Below, piece after piece: positions 1-11,300 of a stretch of 28,027 nt of DNA. The stretch lies in the IMG/VR virus record IMGVR_UViG_3300005512_000259, positions 1-28,027 of that record; one strand, written 5' to 3'. Position numbers and translations under genes: made by a program. Every line of letters starts with the position of its first letter. Positions within the stretch are counted from its first letter, which is position 1. Under the pieces are notes generated by a model. That model saw only the letters and a program-made list of their open reading frames with translations, was not told the origin of the DNA and made no database searches. Source of the stretch: a virus (lineage: Duplodnaviria; Caudoviricetes).

Positions 1-1
1 C

Positions 2-301
2 AATTCCATAACGGTTGCTTTTCAGCGCCATTCGGGCTTTATTAATTTCCGCCAAACACTGGCGAAGCATTCGATATGGGGATGACCCTGAAAGCATGGT
101 AAGGGTCATCAGACGGTTTGTCGTCTGTGTATTTTTGCGGCCGAAAACCCGGGTTGCCCTATCTATTTCCGGCATTTCTGCTGCGATTAAGTCGAGCTTT
201 TCAGGGCCGAAGATCTTAAATTCCATATTTCCGCAAGTTGTAATTTTATCGATGGCAGAAAAACCGATTGCGTTTTCCGGACCTACCAGATCCTTATCCA
301 T
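2..301 (-). CDS. Hypothetical protein, truncated by the window edge; possible partner/chaperone of the propeller protein
   Basis: Not in the ORF track. Read manually: GAGAGG RBS then ATG at 301, open to the window end: MDKDLVGPENAIGFSAIDKITTCGNMEFKIFGPEKLDLIAAEMPEIDRATRVFGRKNTQTTNRLMTLTMLSGSSPYRMLRQCLAEINKARMALKSNRYGI... It starts 9 nt after the upstream stop. The function is inference only. Confidence 0.8.
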   Translation of the reverse strand, partial: MDKDLVGPENAIGFSAIDKITTCGNMEFKIFGPEKLDLIAAEMPEIDRATRVFGRKNTQTTNRLMTLTMLSGSSPYRMLRQCLAEINKARMALKSNRYGI

Positions 302-310
302 TTGCCTCTC

Positions 311-1261
311 CTATGATGCTGTATTTGATACGCCGGCTAATGTTGATCTACCGACTGTTAAATCTCCATGATCGGTTGCATTGCCAGTTGACGTGATCGT
401 AATTACTCCTATTGTGTCTGTATAAACGCCCCCGGTGACACCCCCCGCAATGGTACCAACGTCGCCCTCGCTATTTGAAGCACATGCCTGGCCATATCGA
501 GAGGCAAGTAAATCTCCAAAATCAGTCGCATTCCCGGTGGATGAAATGGTTACATAGTCTAATACATCGGAATCTGTTTGGTCAGCTACAAAGACTCCCC
601 TATCGTTTGTGGCGTTGTCGAGCCCATTTCCTGTGCCATCTCTCGCCGTTGTCAGATCCCCAAAGTCAGTCGCATTGCCGGTGGATGAAATGGTGACATA
701 TGAAATATTATTATATTGAGCACTGGATGGGGGTGCTAACCATGATGTGCCTCCGCCTTGCAATCCGCGATCATCAGTTCCGTTTGAAAGGCCACATCGT
801 GATCGCCATCCGTCGATATCTCCACCAAACTCCAGATCACCAAAATCCGTACCATTGCCAGTTGTCGAGATGGTGATGTATTCCATTTGCTCATAATAGG
901 CCCCGGCTTGCCCCCCTGCCCATATCCCTCTATCGGAAGTTCCGTTTGAGTACCCTGCTTTGCCATCAACGTCTTGATCAAAGTCGCCAAAATCAACGCT
1001 GTTTCCGGGTGTCGAAATTGTTATGTACTGCATATCGTAGCCGCCAGCCGCTCTAAAGACCCCTCTGTCAGAAACGCCGTTAGATACAGCAACTTTTGTT
1101 GCTCTCGCATCTAACAGATTCCCGAAGTCTTGTGCTACGCCTCCAGATGTTATTGAAATATAATCTATGACATCTTGATTATCTACGCCGTCACCTCCAC
1201 CTGCAAAGGCGGCTGTGTCATTTACACTCTTTGAAAACGATTGGTCATAGAAAAGCGGCAT
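311..1261 (-). CDS. Six-repeat kelch-like beta-propeller protein, probable receptor-binding/fibre-tip protein (316 aa)
   Basis: Six ~45-60-aa repeats with core Y[IV]TISxxGNxxDFGDL...SN..DRG.f.GG. The start overlaps the fibre-gene stop (TGATG at 1261). Confidence 0.75.
   Translation of the reverse strand: MPLFYDQSFSKSVNDTAAFAGGGDGVDNQDVIDYISITSGGVAQDFGNLLDARATKVAVSNGVSDRGVFRAAGGYDMQYITISTPGNSVDFGDFDQDVDGKAGYSNGTSDRGIWAGGQAGAYYEQMEYITISTTGNGTDFGDLEFGGDIDGWRSRCGLSNGTDDRGLQGGGTSWLAPPSSAQYNNISYVTISSTGNATDFGDLTTARDGTGNGLDNATNDRGVFVADQTDSDVLDYVTISSTGNATDFGDLLASRYGQACASNSEGDVGTIAGGVTGGVYTDTIGVITITSTGNATDHGDLTVGRSTLAGVSNTAS
517..700. repeat. Intragenic 40-nt direct repeat (517-556 and 661-700), both copies encoding YVTISSTGNATDF
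   Basis: 37/40 identical, the three mismatches are synonymous, spacing 144 nt (48 codons). Confidence 0.9.
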
Positions 1262-2277
1262 CAGCTATATACTCCAATATAGGTCAATTCGATCTCTCCG
1301 GAAGTGCCGTGGCAGGTGTAAGCAAATTTATGCCGGTCACCTTCTGATCCGTCTGCGAGGCTGTCTATTGCATCACCGTCTTTTGTGACAAAATCAGCGT
1401 GCCATGAGGTAATATCGTGGGCACCACCAGAGCCTTGGATGACCCATAGGTTTCCGCTTTGAGACTGGCCGGAGGACGGCTTACCTGTTGGTTGGGCAAA
1501 GCCTCGATCATCCGTGATCGTTACTTGGGCGTCGTTGCCCGCACTCATGTCCCATGCGATTGATGCAGCATCGGTAAGCGTTTGGATGGTGGCGCGTTGG
1601 GAGGCGGACCAGACAGCTGCTTTTGCAAGTAATCCGGCTAATGCAGCAGGTGTTGCAGCCCTGGCCGAATCAGACCCGGTTGTAACCTCTGTCGCTGTGG
1701 CCAGCTCGACGATGCCGCTTGCTGTAGCAGTAGCCGCAGGGGGCCACTGCGCCCAGGCCGCGCCGGTCCACCTCTTTAGAACAGAAGCCGTAGAATCCCA
1801 CACGATCGTGCCGGTCTCAATCGTGTAGGCCGTTGTCGGTAGACTGGCGGTTGGATAAATATTTCCAGAAACAATCCGCCATTTCGAATTGCCATCATCC
1901 CACGAATACAGGTTGCCGGTGGCCGCATCCATTCGCAGCTCGCCGTCTGTTTCTCCAGTAGATAGGCTGGCAACCGTAGACACAATGGAGTACGCCACCA
2001 CCTCGACCGCCGCCCCCTCCTGGTTATCCAGGGTCCAGATGGTCACATCGTCGGAATCCTTGAGAACAATCTTGGTCGATACGGTCAGATAAATATCGGC
2101 CTCGCCTAGGCTGTTTAAGACCACCGGATTGGCGTTTGCCGTATCGCCGTCCTTGTCCTTGTAGGTCGTTACCGGAGTTGTCGTGCCGGCCGTGTAGGTA
2201 TAGACCTTTCCGCCGGATAGCGGATCTCCGTTTGAGTCGAGCCCCCGGAATTTTGGGTACCATAATGCGTTTGCCAT
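1261..2277 (-). CDS. Tail fibre protein with N-terminal virion-attachment (head-binding-like) domain (~338 aa)
   Basis: Likely start is ATG 2277 (MANALWYPKF...) after GGGGTG; the ORF-track extension to 2364 runs through the intergenic hairpins. N-terminus 'NGDPLSGGKVYTYTAGTTTP...NPVVLNSLGEA' is typical of podophage fibre/spike anchors. Two G-x-x-x-x-D...L-x-x-W fibre units, the fibre repeat 'ATATASGIVELATATEVTTGSDSARAATPAAL' and a C-terminal 'TLTDAASIAWD' domain follow. Confidence 0.82.
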   Translation of the reverse strand: MANALWYPKFRGLDSNGDPLSGGKVYTYTAGTTTPVTTYKDKDGDTANANPVVLNSLGEADIYLTVSTKIVLKDSDDVTIWTLDNQEGAAVEVVAYSIVSTVASLSTGETDGELRMDAATGNLYSWDDGNSKWRIVSGNIYPTASLPTTAYTIETGTIVWDSTASVLKRWTGAAWAQWPPAATATASGIVELATATEVTTGSDSARAATPAALAGLLAKAAVWSASQRATIQTLTDAASIAWDMSAGNDAQVTITDDRGFAQPTGKPSSGQSQSGNLWVIQGSGGAHDITSWHADFVTKDGDAIDSLADGSEGDRHKFAYTCHGTSGEIELTYIGVYS

Positions 2278-2291
2278 CTCATCACCCCAAT

Positions 2292-2329
2292 AAAAAAGGC
2301 AGTACAGTTTTGGTGCCTGCACCACCTTT
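2292..2329 (-). terminator. Intrinsic terminator between the giant gene and the fibre gene
   Basis: Minus-strand RNA GGUGGUGCAG-gcaccaaaa-CUGUACUGCC-UUUUUU: a 10-bp stem with three G.U pairs (it pairs fully only on the minus strand) followed by U6. Confidence 0.75.
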
Positions 2330-2337
2330 ATCGTCGT

Positions 2338-2365
2338 GGTGACCCTGATGGCCGTCAGGGTCACC
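2338..2365. repeat. Perfect 11-bp inverted repeat / hairpin (GGTGACCCTGA-N6-TCAGGGTCACC)
   Basis: Seen directly. It lies in the only sizeable intergenic gap of the window, just 5' of the terminator on the transcript. Confidence 0.85.
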
Positions 2366-2382
2366 GGCTGTTGCCTATCTAA

Positions 2383-5300
2383 TCAAAATTGGTGTGCCCT
2401 GTGCGCCCTTGGCGCCTTGGGCATCCTCGGTCCCCGCCTTTTACCTGTTTCCTTCGGCCCTTTTTTCGGTCCGAGCAGCTCCATGACGTTTTTCTTATCG
2501 ATCGTTTCATAGACCCGTTTAGGGCCGATATAGGGTAGGCCCAGGAGAAGATCGACGCTTTCCAGCATCTTGTCCGCATTTTTCTCGATCGCTTTTACCG
2601 CGCCAGCTGCAGGCCCATGCCGCCGGATCTGCTTTGTCAGGTCAGCGCCGGTTTTAAACAGATCCTTTCCAGCATCAAACGGCGGTATGTCATAATCCCA
2701 CCCGTGACGCCATGCATTGATTGCCCGGCCGAACAGCGGGATGGAGTTTATCGCCTGGTCGCTTAATGCTGCATAAATATCTTCTTTGGTTTTTGGAATT
2801 CGACGGTTTGACAGCGCCCATATGCCAAGCGATGACAGTGACAATCCGATCACCGTTAAAAGCGCTTTCCAGGCCCGGGCCTTTGAAATATCCGCCGGCA
2901 GATCATATGTGGCGATGTTATAAATTTTGTTTAACTGGTTTCCGAACTGATTGAGAAGGTTTAAAAATTCGGAGGAGGCGAAAATGTCCGCGACATCCTT
3001 CATCCGGAACATCGGCTGTGTCCGGTTAATAGCCTCCGATGCCAGGTCCACGGCAGCATCGTGGCCCAGTCGGTCGACATGCTTGTCATAGACCGCCTTC
3101 CAGCCGATTGACTTGACTACCCGGTCGACAACCGGTATCAGCTTCATGCCCTCTTTCCCGATCCGGCGGATCACCCGATCATACAGGGTCGGGTTTGTGC
3201 GCTTAAACTCTGCGAGTTCCCGCTCGATGGTGGTGTACTGAATCTCCGGGTTGTGCTCAAAAACAAATTCCGTGGTCTCTACCGGATGTGCTATAAACTG
3301 GCCTGTCGCACCCATCAGGTGCATGGGGCCGGCATCCCTTAGGTGTAGAAAGTATGACGGCGCCTGCTTTGCCACGGTCAGCAGGTTGTATGAGAGGTAG
3401 GCAATCGCCCGGTTTTGGCGCAAAAAGCTGACAGCGCTTTCAACCGTTCCAAATGACCGGTAAACCTGGGGGTTGGCGATTCTTTTCACATATCGATCGA
3501 TGGCTTTGAAATAGTCGGCCGAAAATTCCTGGTAGACCGATTCTTCGAAATCGGAATGATGCACGTAACTGCTCAGCTGCTTGACCAGTTTGCCGAAGTG
3601 AATAAACCGTTCCTGTTTGATCACCGCGTCTTGCCATTCGGTGAATGCGCCCTGGAGGATCGGCTTCTGGTACTGGTCCGGTACATTTTTCCGGTCAATA
3701 CGGAATCCGCTGCCGACGCCGGCCTTTCCGTAATGGGACCGCTGCAGCAGCTCGTCGCTGAATTCTTCCTCAAGGGTGGCGTATGTTTTTTCCATCCGGC
3801 GCATGGGTGAATAGGCGATCTCGTATCCCATATCTTTGTTGAACACATCGATCACGGCATACCGCAGGCGGCCGTAGTTTCGTTCATACTCGTTTATGAT
3901 CCAGTCGCCCAGTTTGCGATATTTTTCCGGCAGCGCCTCGACCACCTGGTCGTGTAATTCCTCCGTGATCTTATCGCCCCACTCAAGAGCCTTTTGAGCC
4001 TTCGGGTTCTGCCAGCCGATATAGACCTTGATCATTTCGTCATGGGTAAATTTCCGGCCGCCGATTTTTTGGGTCTTGACCAGTTCTGTCGCCTTGATGC
4101 CCAGGTCCTCTAATTTTTTTAGGCCAGCCTCAAACCGCTTTGCCTCCTTTTTCAACTCATCCCGGGTGGCTGAATTCACCGTTCGGTAAAAAACGCGAAA
4201 ATTCGGGCCGCTAAAATTCTGGTTGTGATCGAGCCGGTCAAAGATGCGCTGCGGGGTCAGCGAGTTGGCGCGTTCACCCTCTTTAATCCGCTTCGGCAAT
4301 GCGGTTTTCGGGGGCCCTGTGCGCTCCTTGAGCTCTTTTCCGTCGAGGATCGTATCGACCAGCTGCTTGACGACATACTCCCTGTTTTTCGCCTCGAACC
4401 GTTTCTGCATGATCCGGGCTTTTTTACCCTCATCTTTTAGATATTTTACGTGCGCTGCCACCGCTTCGAGCTCATCCACGGTATAGGATGTAAACGGCTT
4501 GTTTTTAATGGCATCGATCAACGAGGTGTAATATCCGATATGCGGCCGTTGGCCAGCCGGAAGGGTCTGTATGTATTGCAGGGTGCGCTTTCGTTTCATC
4601 TCCTTGGTGATGTCCTTGCGCTTCGGGTCCACTTCCTCCTGTAGGATCTCGATGGCCTCCCGGTACCAGTAATCGATGCTGTCCGGGATCCGCTTCATAA
4701 TGTATTTTCTCAGCTTATCGCGGAGCTTTCTCAGCTTTTCACGCTCTTTTATGACATCGATCTTATCTTGCATTTTTAGGTGTTCGTCATAGGTCCCGAG
4801 TTTTTTCCCGGTCTGATAGGCTTTCCTGGCGGCGGTCTGCATGGCTCTTAATTTGATCTTGAGCGCTTTGTCTTCGGCCATATCAATATCGCGCATGGTA
4901 ACGGTTTGTCCGGTCTGTTTCCGGATAAATTTTTTCATGGACCGCTTTGGGATGACACCGAGGCGGTTTTTGTTTGCGGAGTCGATGACGCGATCTTCGA
5001 CGGGGCCCGGGATATCCTGGCGTTTGGAGAAGGCGGGTCGGTCAGCATTGTCAAAAACATACCGGCCGCCGGCGCTTTCTTTCATGCCGGCACGCCTCAT
5101 CGCCCTGGCGCCTTCCGTAGATCCAGCGTAGGCAACCTTACCACCTCGAGCCCTTAGATCTGCAAGAATCGCCTGGCCATAACCCTGACGCCGATATGGT
5201 TTTCCAACCTCAAAATCTCCGATCGTGTGCCCCATCAGCCTCGCGGATCCGACCCTTTTCCCGTTCACGTCGCGGTAGGCGAGCCTGGTTACCCCGCCCT

Positions 5301-8300
5301 TTCCTTTTGACTCGATCGCTTTTATTTCCGGCAGATCGGCGGTCCGTGCCTTTTTCCCCGCGTATGAAAATAGCGGCATCCCCTCGCGGAGCGCCTTTGA
5401 TTTCATTTCGGGGGTGATGGGGAGGCGGTGAGCCGAAACCTTCTGTTTGCCGCGATACTCAATTTTATATTCGCCAGCATCGTCAAGGTTTTCGTCAATA
5501 TATTCTTGCGCGTCTTGTCTTGAGGCAAAGTTATCAACAAGCGCTTCTGGTTCACCAGGCATCCCTAACGCGCTCGCATCTATCACGGCATACGGGAAAT
5601 CCTCTGGCTGAGAATAATCTTGCGCTTGAATTTCAACGCTCCCAACCCGCGCCTTGCCCCACTGTTTCTTATTGAAGAACTTGTTGACTTCGGCAGGTAG
5701 GATCTTGTCGTAAAACGCCCTTATACCATATCCACCGACCTTTAAATCTTCTCCCTTCCATTCTTGCTCTCCTGTGGCGTTTATTATCTTTTCTGCAAGA
5801 TCTTTACCAACAGTGTCAGCAAGTTTGTCTTTTTCAACCGACATTGTGTCAAGTTCTTTTCCGTCCTTAAATATGGCAATTCCATAAATTCCAGGATCCA
5901 ATTCTTCGGAGACAATGGAATCAACCTGCTTACTCAAATCATACCGATCCGCCTGCACTTCCCCCGGGGTCCAGGCTATCGAATCATACCCGTTCTCGGC
6001 GGCATAGCGGACCATCCGCTGGAAGGCTTTCAGCGGCCAGGTCTTTTTCCATGGGGCGTTGGGGACACCTTGAAATCCCTTCTCGCGCATCTCGCTTAGT
6101 AGCTCAAGCTCGGCGTTTCTCTGGTCTCTGTCTATTTCACCTCTGTCAAAACGATTGTAGATGTCATCTTGATATGCCTGAGATTCTTCCCGCGTGAATG
6201 TCCCAGGCTGTTTATACCCCTTCTTCCGCCCCGTCTGATGCCAATCACTCTGAATCTCTTCAAGAAACAGCACCTTCTCACCATCCGGCCCGGTCCTGTC
6301 GTTGAAGCGGACGTGGGCTAAGATGTTGGGCTCGTCGAAGTGGGTGGAGGTGTAGGCATTTCGTAAACGTTCTGATACTGACCGGTATGGAGTGGTTAAG
6401 ACAATTTGGGTTAATCGCTCATATTCGGCTTCTTCGGCGTCACTCAATTTTTCGCGGTTCCGAATCTTTTCCCCTAATGGCTTTAATTGCTCTTCAGCCT
6501 TGTCGCGAATTTCTGCCCCTATGTTTCTTTCAGGGGCCATCGTAATTAACAACTCCCGGTAGTTCTCACCGCCGGGTAGTTGCCATTGGGCGAATTTGGC
6601 GCCGGTTTCAGGATCTTCCATTGACTCCCCAACATTTTCAAATGCTTCAGTAGCTGCATCATGGGGGTCGCTATAATAGTCTGTTGTGGGCTCTCCATCC
6701 GCATTAACAACGTAATACGGCAGCGGTTCGCCGCTAATAGCCATCTCTGCATCAGCATCATCCATTAGCCGATAACCAGGCAACCTTTCTTCAACCATCT
6801 CAAAAGAAGATTTGCCACTTGGCGCCGATCCCTTCTCCACTTCCTCAACCCGCAAATTGTTCTGGTCGAGGTAATCCAAGACGGCCTGTTTCGAGACTTT
6901 CCCGGACTGAACATCCAGCCATTCATTCAGCCCCGACCATTCCAGTTCCTCAGCTTTAAACTGTCCCTTCTTGGCGAAATTCCCGATAACCTGTTTCATT
7001 TGGGCAGGCTGCGCTCGGTTCGGAAGTTTCTGATCCAGGACACTCCGCATCTGAGAATACCACCGATCGGCCTTTTCCCAGCTGGAAAACGCTGGCGCCG
7101 GCTCGACCGCGCCCTTCCGGGAAACCTTCGGCGCCTTTTCGACAAACCGTTTCGCATCGGCAATCCAGGCCCTAATCTCGGCATCTGCCAGCTTTAGGTT
7201 CATCCCGAGTTTTCTTAAGAACTCCCGGATAAGCCGGATGATCCTGTCAATAAATAATGACTTTTCGCCTTTCGATGCCTGCATGGAGATATATTCCTCT
7301 GCGGCAAGAAGCCGGTCGTCTTCGATATCCAGATCCAGACCGTATTCTTTGGCAATAGCCTTGACCTCATCCGGTTTTGCGCGGCCCACCTGGCCGAGTA
7401 CGTTCCGATATTTTCTGGCCAGCTCCGGCGACCCCTCGAAAAGCCCACGGAATCCGTAATGTCCGATCGATTCATGGAATAGGGCCTCCATCGCCTTTTC
7501 TGTTGATGCGAGGTTGTCGGCAACCAGGTGGACGGTGCCGTTATAGTATGCGCCGTCGATGATGTCGTCTTTGCCGGCCTCGGCCAGGATCCGTGATGGG
7601 AGATCGCTTTGCCTCTGAAATATTTTGATATTGGGTGCATTTTTCCATTTATTTATGACCGGCGAAAACTCACGGTAAAGCGCATCGGCTATCAGGCTGC
7701 CGGAATATGATGGTTTTCGCTTCATGTATGCTGGGTGGCCACCGATCAATCGAGGATAATCAAGAAGATGCTCTTTTTTCAGATAATCATCTTTGAGTGT
7801 TTGCCATGCGTCGGATTCCGCAACATAACTGATCTGATCTTTTAATTCATCATCCCACTGTGCAAAATATTCTTCAGCCTTTTCAAAGTAATCGGATACG
7901 GTCCCACCGGAAAATTTTAAAATCGATCTCAACTCTTTGGCGTGGAACTTTTTTAGCGAATTTTGATTTTTGTTCCCGGATTCGGATGCCGCCATACCAG
8001 CAATCTTATCAATCAGCCGGTTGAGCATCTTCACCCGGTTCTTATCGGCCTGTTCTCTGGAGAGGGTTTCTTCTGCGGCAGGGATATCGGCCGTTTCCTC
8101 GTTGGACAACGAGACTAATTCCCGATCGATATCGGCTATTCTTCGTTGGGCCTCGGCCAACTCCTTTTTATATTTGAACTTTTCTTTCGAGATCTTCTCA
8201 AATTCGGCAAGTTCACCCTCGGCCTTTGCTATAGACTCTTTCGTAAAATCCGGTCGTTTTACTGTCTCTTTAAGGACATCGTTAAAGTTCCGGGTGAAAT

Positions 8301-11300
8301 TGTTTCGAACACGTCCCGCCTTTGACTGTCGATGGGCTAAAAATTTACCGTTTATGGAAAAATCGATATCAACAGCCCTGAAAACCTGTTTGTTTCCATC
8401 CCAATCTTCTGCAAACTGGATCTTGGTTGATGGCTTGTCTTGCTTGTTCCATGTGGTGTTTGCCCGGAAAGACAGGGTGATAACATTGCCATTGGCTCGG
8501 GCCTGTATCGTTTCCTCGACATTGTCGCTGAATTGTGAGACCTGGCCATTCTCCTGCATCTCGACGACAATTTTACGATAATCCCCAAAGGCCATCCCCT
8601 CGTATTTTTCTTTCCATTGGGCCTTTAGGGTCTCGATGCGCTTTGTCAGTTTCTCCAGGAAATCCTTTTTTTGCAGTTTTTTACCTTCGAATTCAACTTC
8701 CTGCAGGGATAATTCAGGAAACGCCTTCTCAATATCTGCCTTTAGCTTTTCCTCACCCTTCATCCGCTCTTTCAGACCATCAATATCGTTCGGGATCTCC
8801 CGGACCTTTGCCCGGGCATTGGATATCCTCCGGATATGGGCCTGCTGTGCCACTTTGTATTTGTTTTCATTGGCAAGCAGTTCATTTTTCTCGAAAAGGA
8901 GTTTCCCGGCCTCCCCGGAGGACGCGGCCGCAAACTCGGCAAAAGACGCTTGTTCTTCGCTGAACGGGTCATTGAAGTTCCGGCCGTCAATATCTCCGGT
9001 CAGCACCTGGTCGGCGTATCTCTGTTTTTTGAGCAACCTGCCAAACATCACGCTATCAAGAGTGTCTTTGGTGCAATAATGAAAGATCTGAACTTCCTCG
9101 TTTTCGTTCCCCTGGCGGATAATTCGACCATCCCGCTGTTCAATATCCATGGGCCGGTCCGGTACGTTAAGATGATGGGCGGCTATCATCTTGTTTGCGA
9201 TATCGACACCGACGCCGAGCTTTGCCGATGACCCAATGATCACCCGGGATTCTCCGGACCGAATCCGGTCTTTCATCTGTGCCTGTTTTTTTTCATTGTT
9301 GCCGGCACTGGAAAACAGCTCAATCTCTTTGGCGGGAATGCCCGTCTTGATCAATTTTTCTTTCAGATCCTTGTGCGCATTGAATTTTGGGCCTTTTGCA
9401 CTGTCCTGAAAAATATCGAGAAAAACAATCTGCGTGCTTCTGTTTTCGGCGCTCTCTTTGTACACTCTTTTGATATTTTCAGCCGCTTTGTTTAACTTGC
9501 TGCTTGGATCATCTTTATAATAATCCGGATCGATCAGCCTCAAATCGATTGCCGCCTTTTTTGCCCTGCCGTAAAGCACAAGCGGCACATGCCGCTGTTT
9601 CATCTTCTCCCGGCCGGTCAAGCGCTCCCAGGCTTTCCACTGTGCGATGATATCTTTAATGTACTCTGTCAGTTCCGGGCTTTTTTCCGATATCACCACT
9701 TCTGGCTTGCCGCCTTTCATTTTCGGCAGATTCAGGTTTGCATCTTTGGTCAGTCGGACATCGGCCCCGGTATAGAACATTGTCAACAGTTCCGGGCCAT
9801 TTACATATCGTGCAAACCGCTCAACAAGTTTAAACCCGGACGCGGTTTCCTCGGTTCCCTCTATAACGTCTCCGAAGGCGCCGGCGAAATCATCAAAGAG
9901 AGGCACCCCATATTCTTCGAGCAGATCCGGCCGCACATACCGGAGCATGGTCCAGAGCTCTGCCATGGTGTTTGATATCGGGGTCCCGGTGGCCGTGATG
10001 ATGTTTTTGCCACCGGTTTTAGACCGGACAAACTCTGATTTCAGGATCAGGCTTGTGGATCTTTGGCTGGATCCGCTGTCAATTCCCTTCACCTTGTTTA
10101 GCTTGGTATAAAACTCACTCCGCTTATAGGCGTGAACCTCATCTATTAAAAGGGCATCAATGCCCATCTGCTCAAATAAAACCGCCTCATCTTTCCGTCG
10201 ATCAAGAAGCGCCTCTAATTTCTGACGCTTCCGCTCTTTCAGCTTCACCAGGTCTTTAACCGTAAAGGAGTTCCGGCCTTCTTCGGCCTCGGCATCAGCA
10301 ATCTGCTCATCGATCATGTCGATCATCTCTTCGACAAATGCCTGTTCCCGTTCCGGGTCATTGGCAATGCCGTCGAAAAAGCTCTGCGGTAAAACAATAG
10401 CATCCCAATCCCCGGTGGCCATGGATACCAGTGTTCGCTTCCGCATCCTGGATGACCGTTGCTGAGAGTTGGGGATGAGGACCTTTGCGCCGGGGTAGAG
10501 GATCTTAAACGACTTCCGGTATTGATCAATGGTCTGATTGTGCACAACGATCAACGGCTTTTTAGCGGTCCCGATCCGGCGCATTTCCATTGCCGTGGTA
10601 ATGTAAATGAAGGTTTTTCCGGTCCCAACTCCATAGGCAAGCAAAACGGATTCCTGCAGTGCCCGGGACACGGCAATCCGCTGATGTTCGCGGAGGGTAA
10701 TGGCCGCCGATGCATTTGGGAAATGATGGGTTTCGTTACCGTCGGCGTCCCTGAATACCGGCGCCGTATGCCGTCTGAGGACGTGGCCGTTTTTCTCCTC
10801 GTTATAAGTATCCTGAATCTTCTGCGCCCAGGTTTCATGGGTTTTCGCCCAGGTTACAAACTCGGTGTTGATTTCCTGAATCTTGAGGTTATTTTCTTTG
10901 GAGGCGTCCTTGTCCTCATAGGTCCGGGTCCCGAGTAAATCCCGTTCGGTCACCATCACTTTTGCACGCCGCATATTCAGGGCATGCTCGATAAGCTCCG
11001 TCCCGGAATAGTTATCGGTTCCGAATGTCTCCCTGTTTTTAACGCTCAATGCGTTTCCGGTGACATCCAAACCCCATCTTGACGTTGTATCGTTTGAGGC
11101 ATATTCGACATTGGCATCAACATCGAGGACGTCTTTGATAAAATCCTTGATCGAATCAGGTGGCAGCCATGAGGACCCGAGACGGAATTCAACAAAGGCG
11201 ATGTCCATATCCTCTGGCACAACCGCTTCAAGAGCCTTGATGTTCTTCTTATAGGTCGGGTTTTCTTCGGCGGCCAGTTTTGCCGCAATCAGCTTTTTCT

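Noticed and set aside
311-1261. CRISPR array or DGR template/variable repeat pair
   Set aside because: The repeats are in-frame protein repeats with synonymous differences rather than adenine-specific changes, and no cas or reverse transcriptase gene is in the window.
2278-2364. 29-aa N-terminal extension of the fibre ORF given by the ORF track
   Set aside because: It runs through the hairpin and terminator; ATG 2277 has an RBS and begins the recognisable anchor domain.
2297-2376. Hammerhead ribozyme (three-way junction, CTGATG on the plus strand)
   Set aside because: The required CUGAnGA and GAAA cores are not present in junction positions; CTGA is inside a stem.
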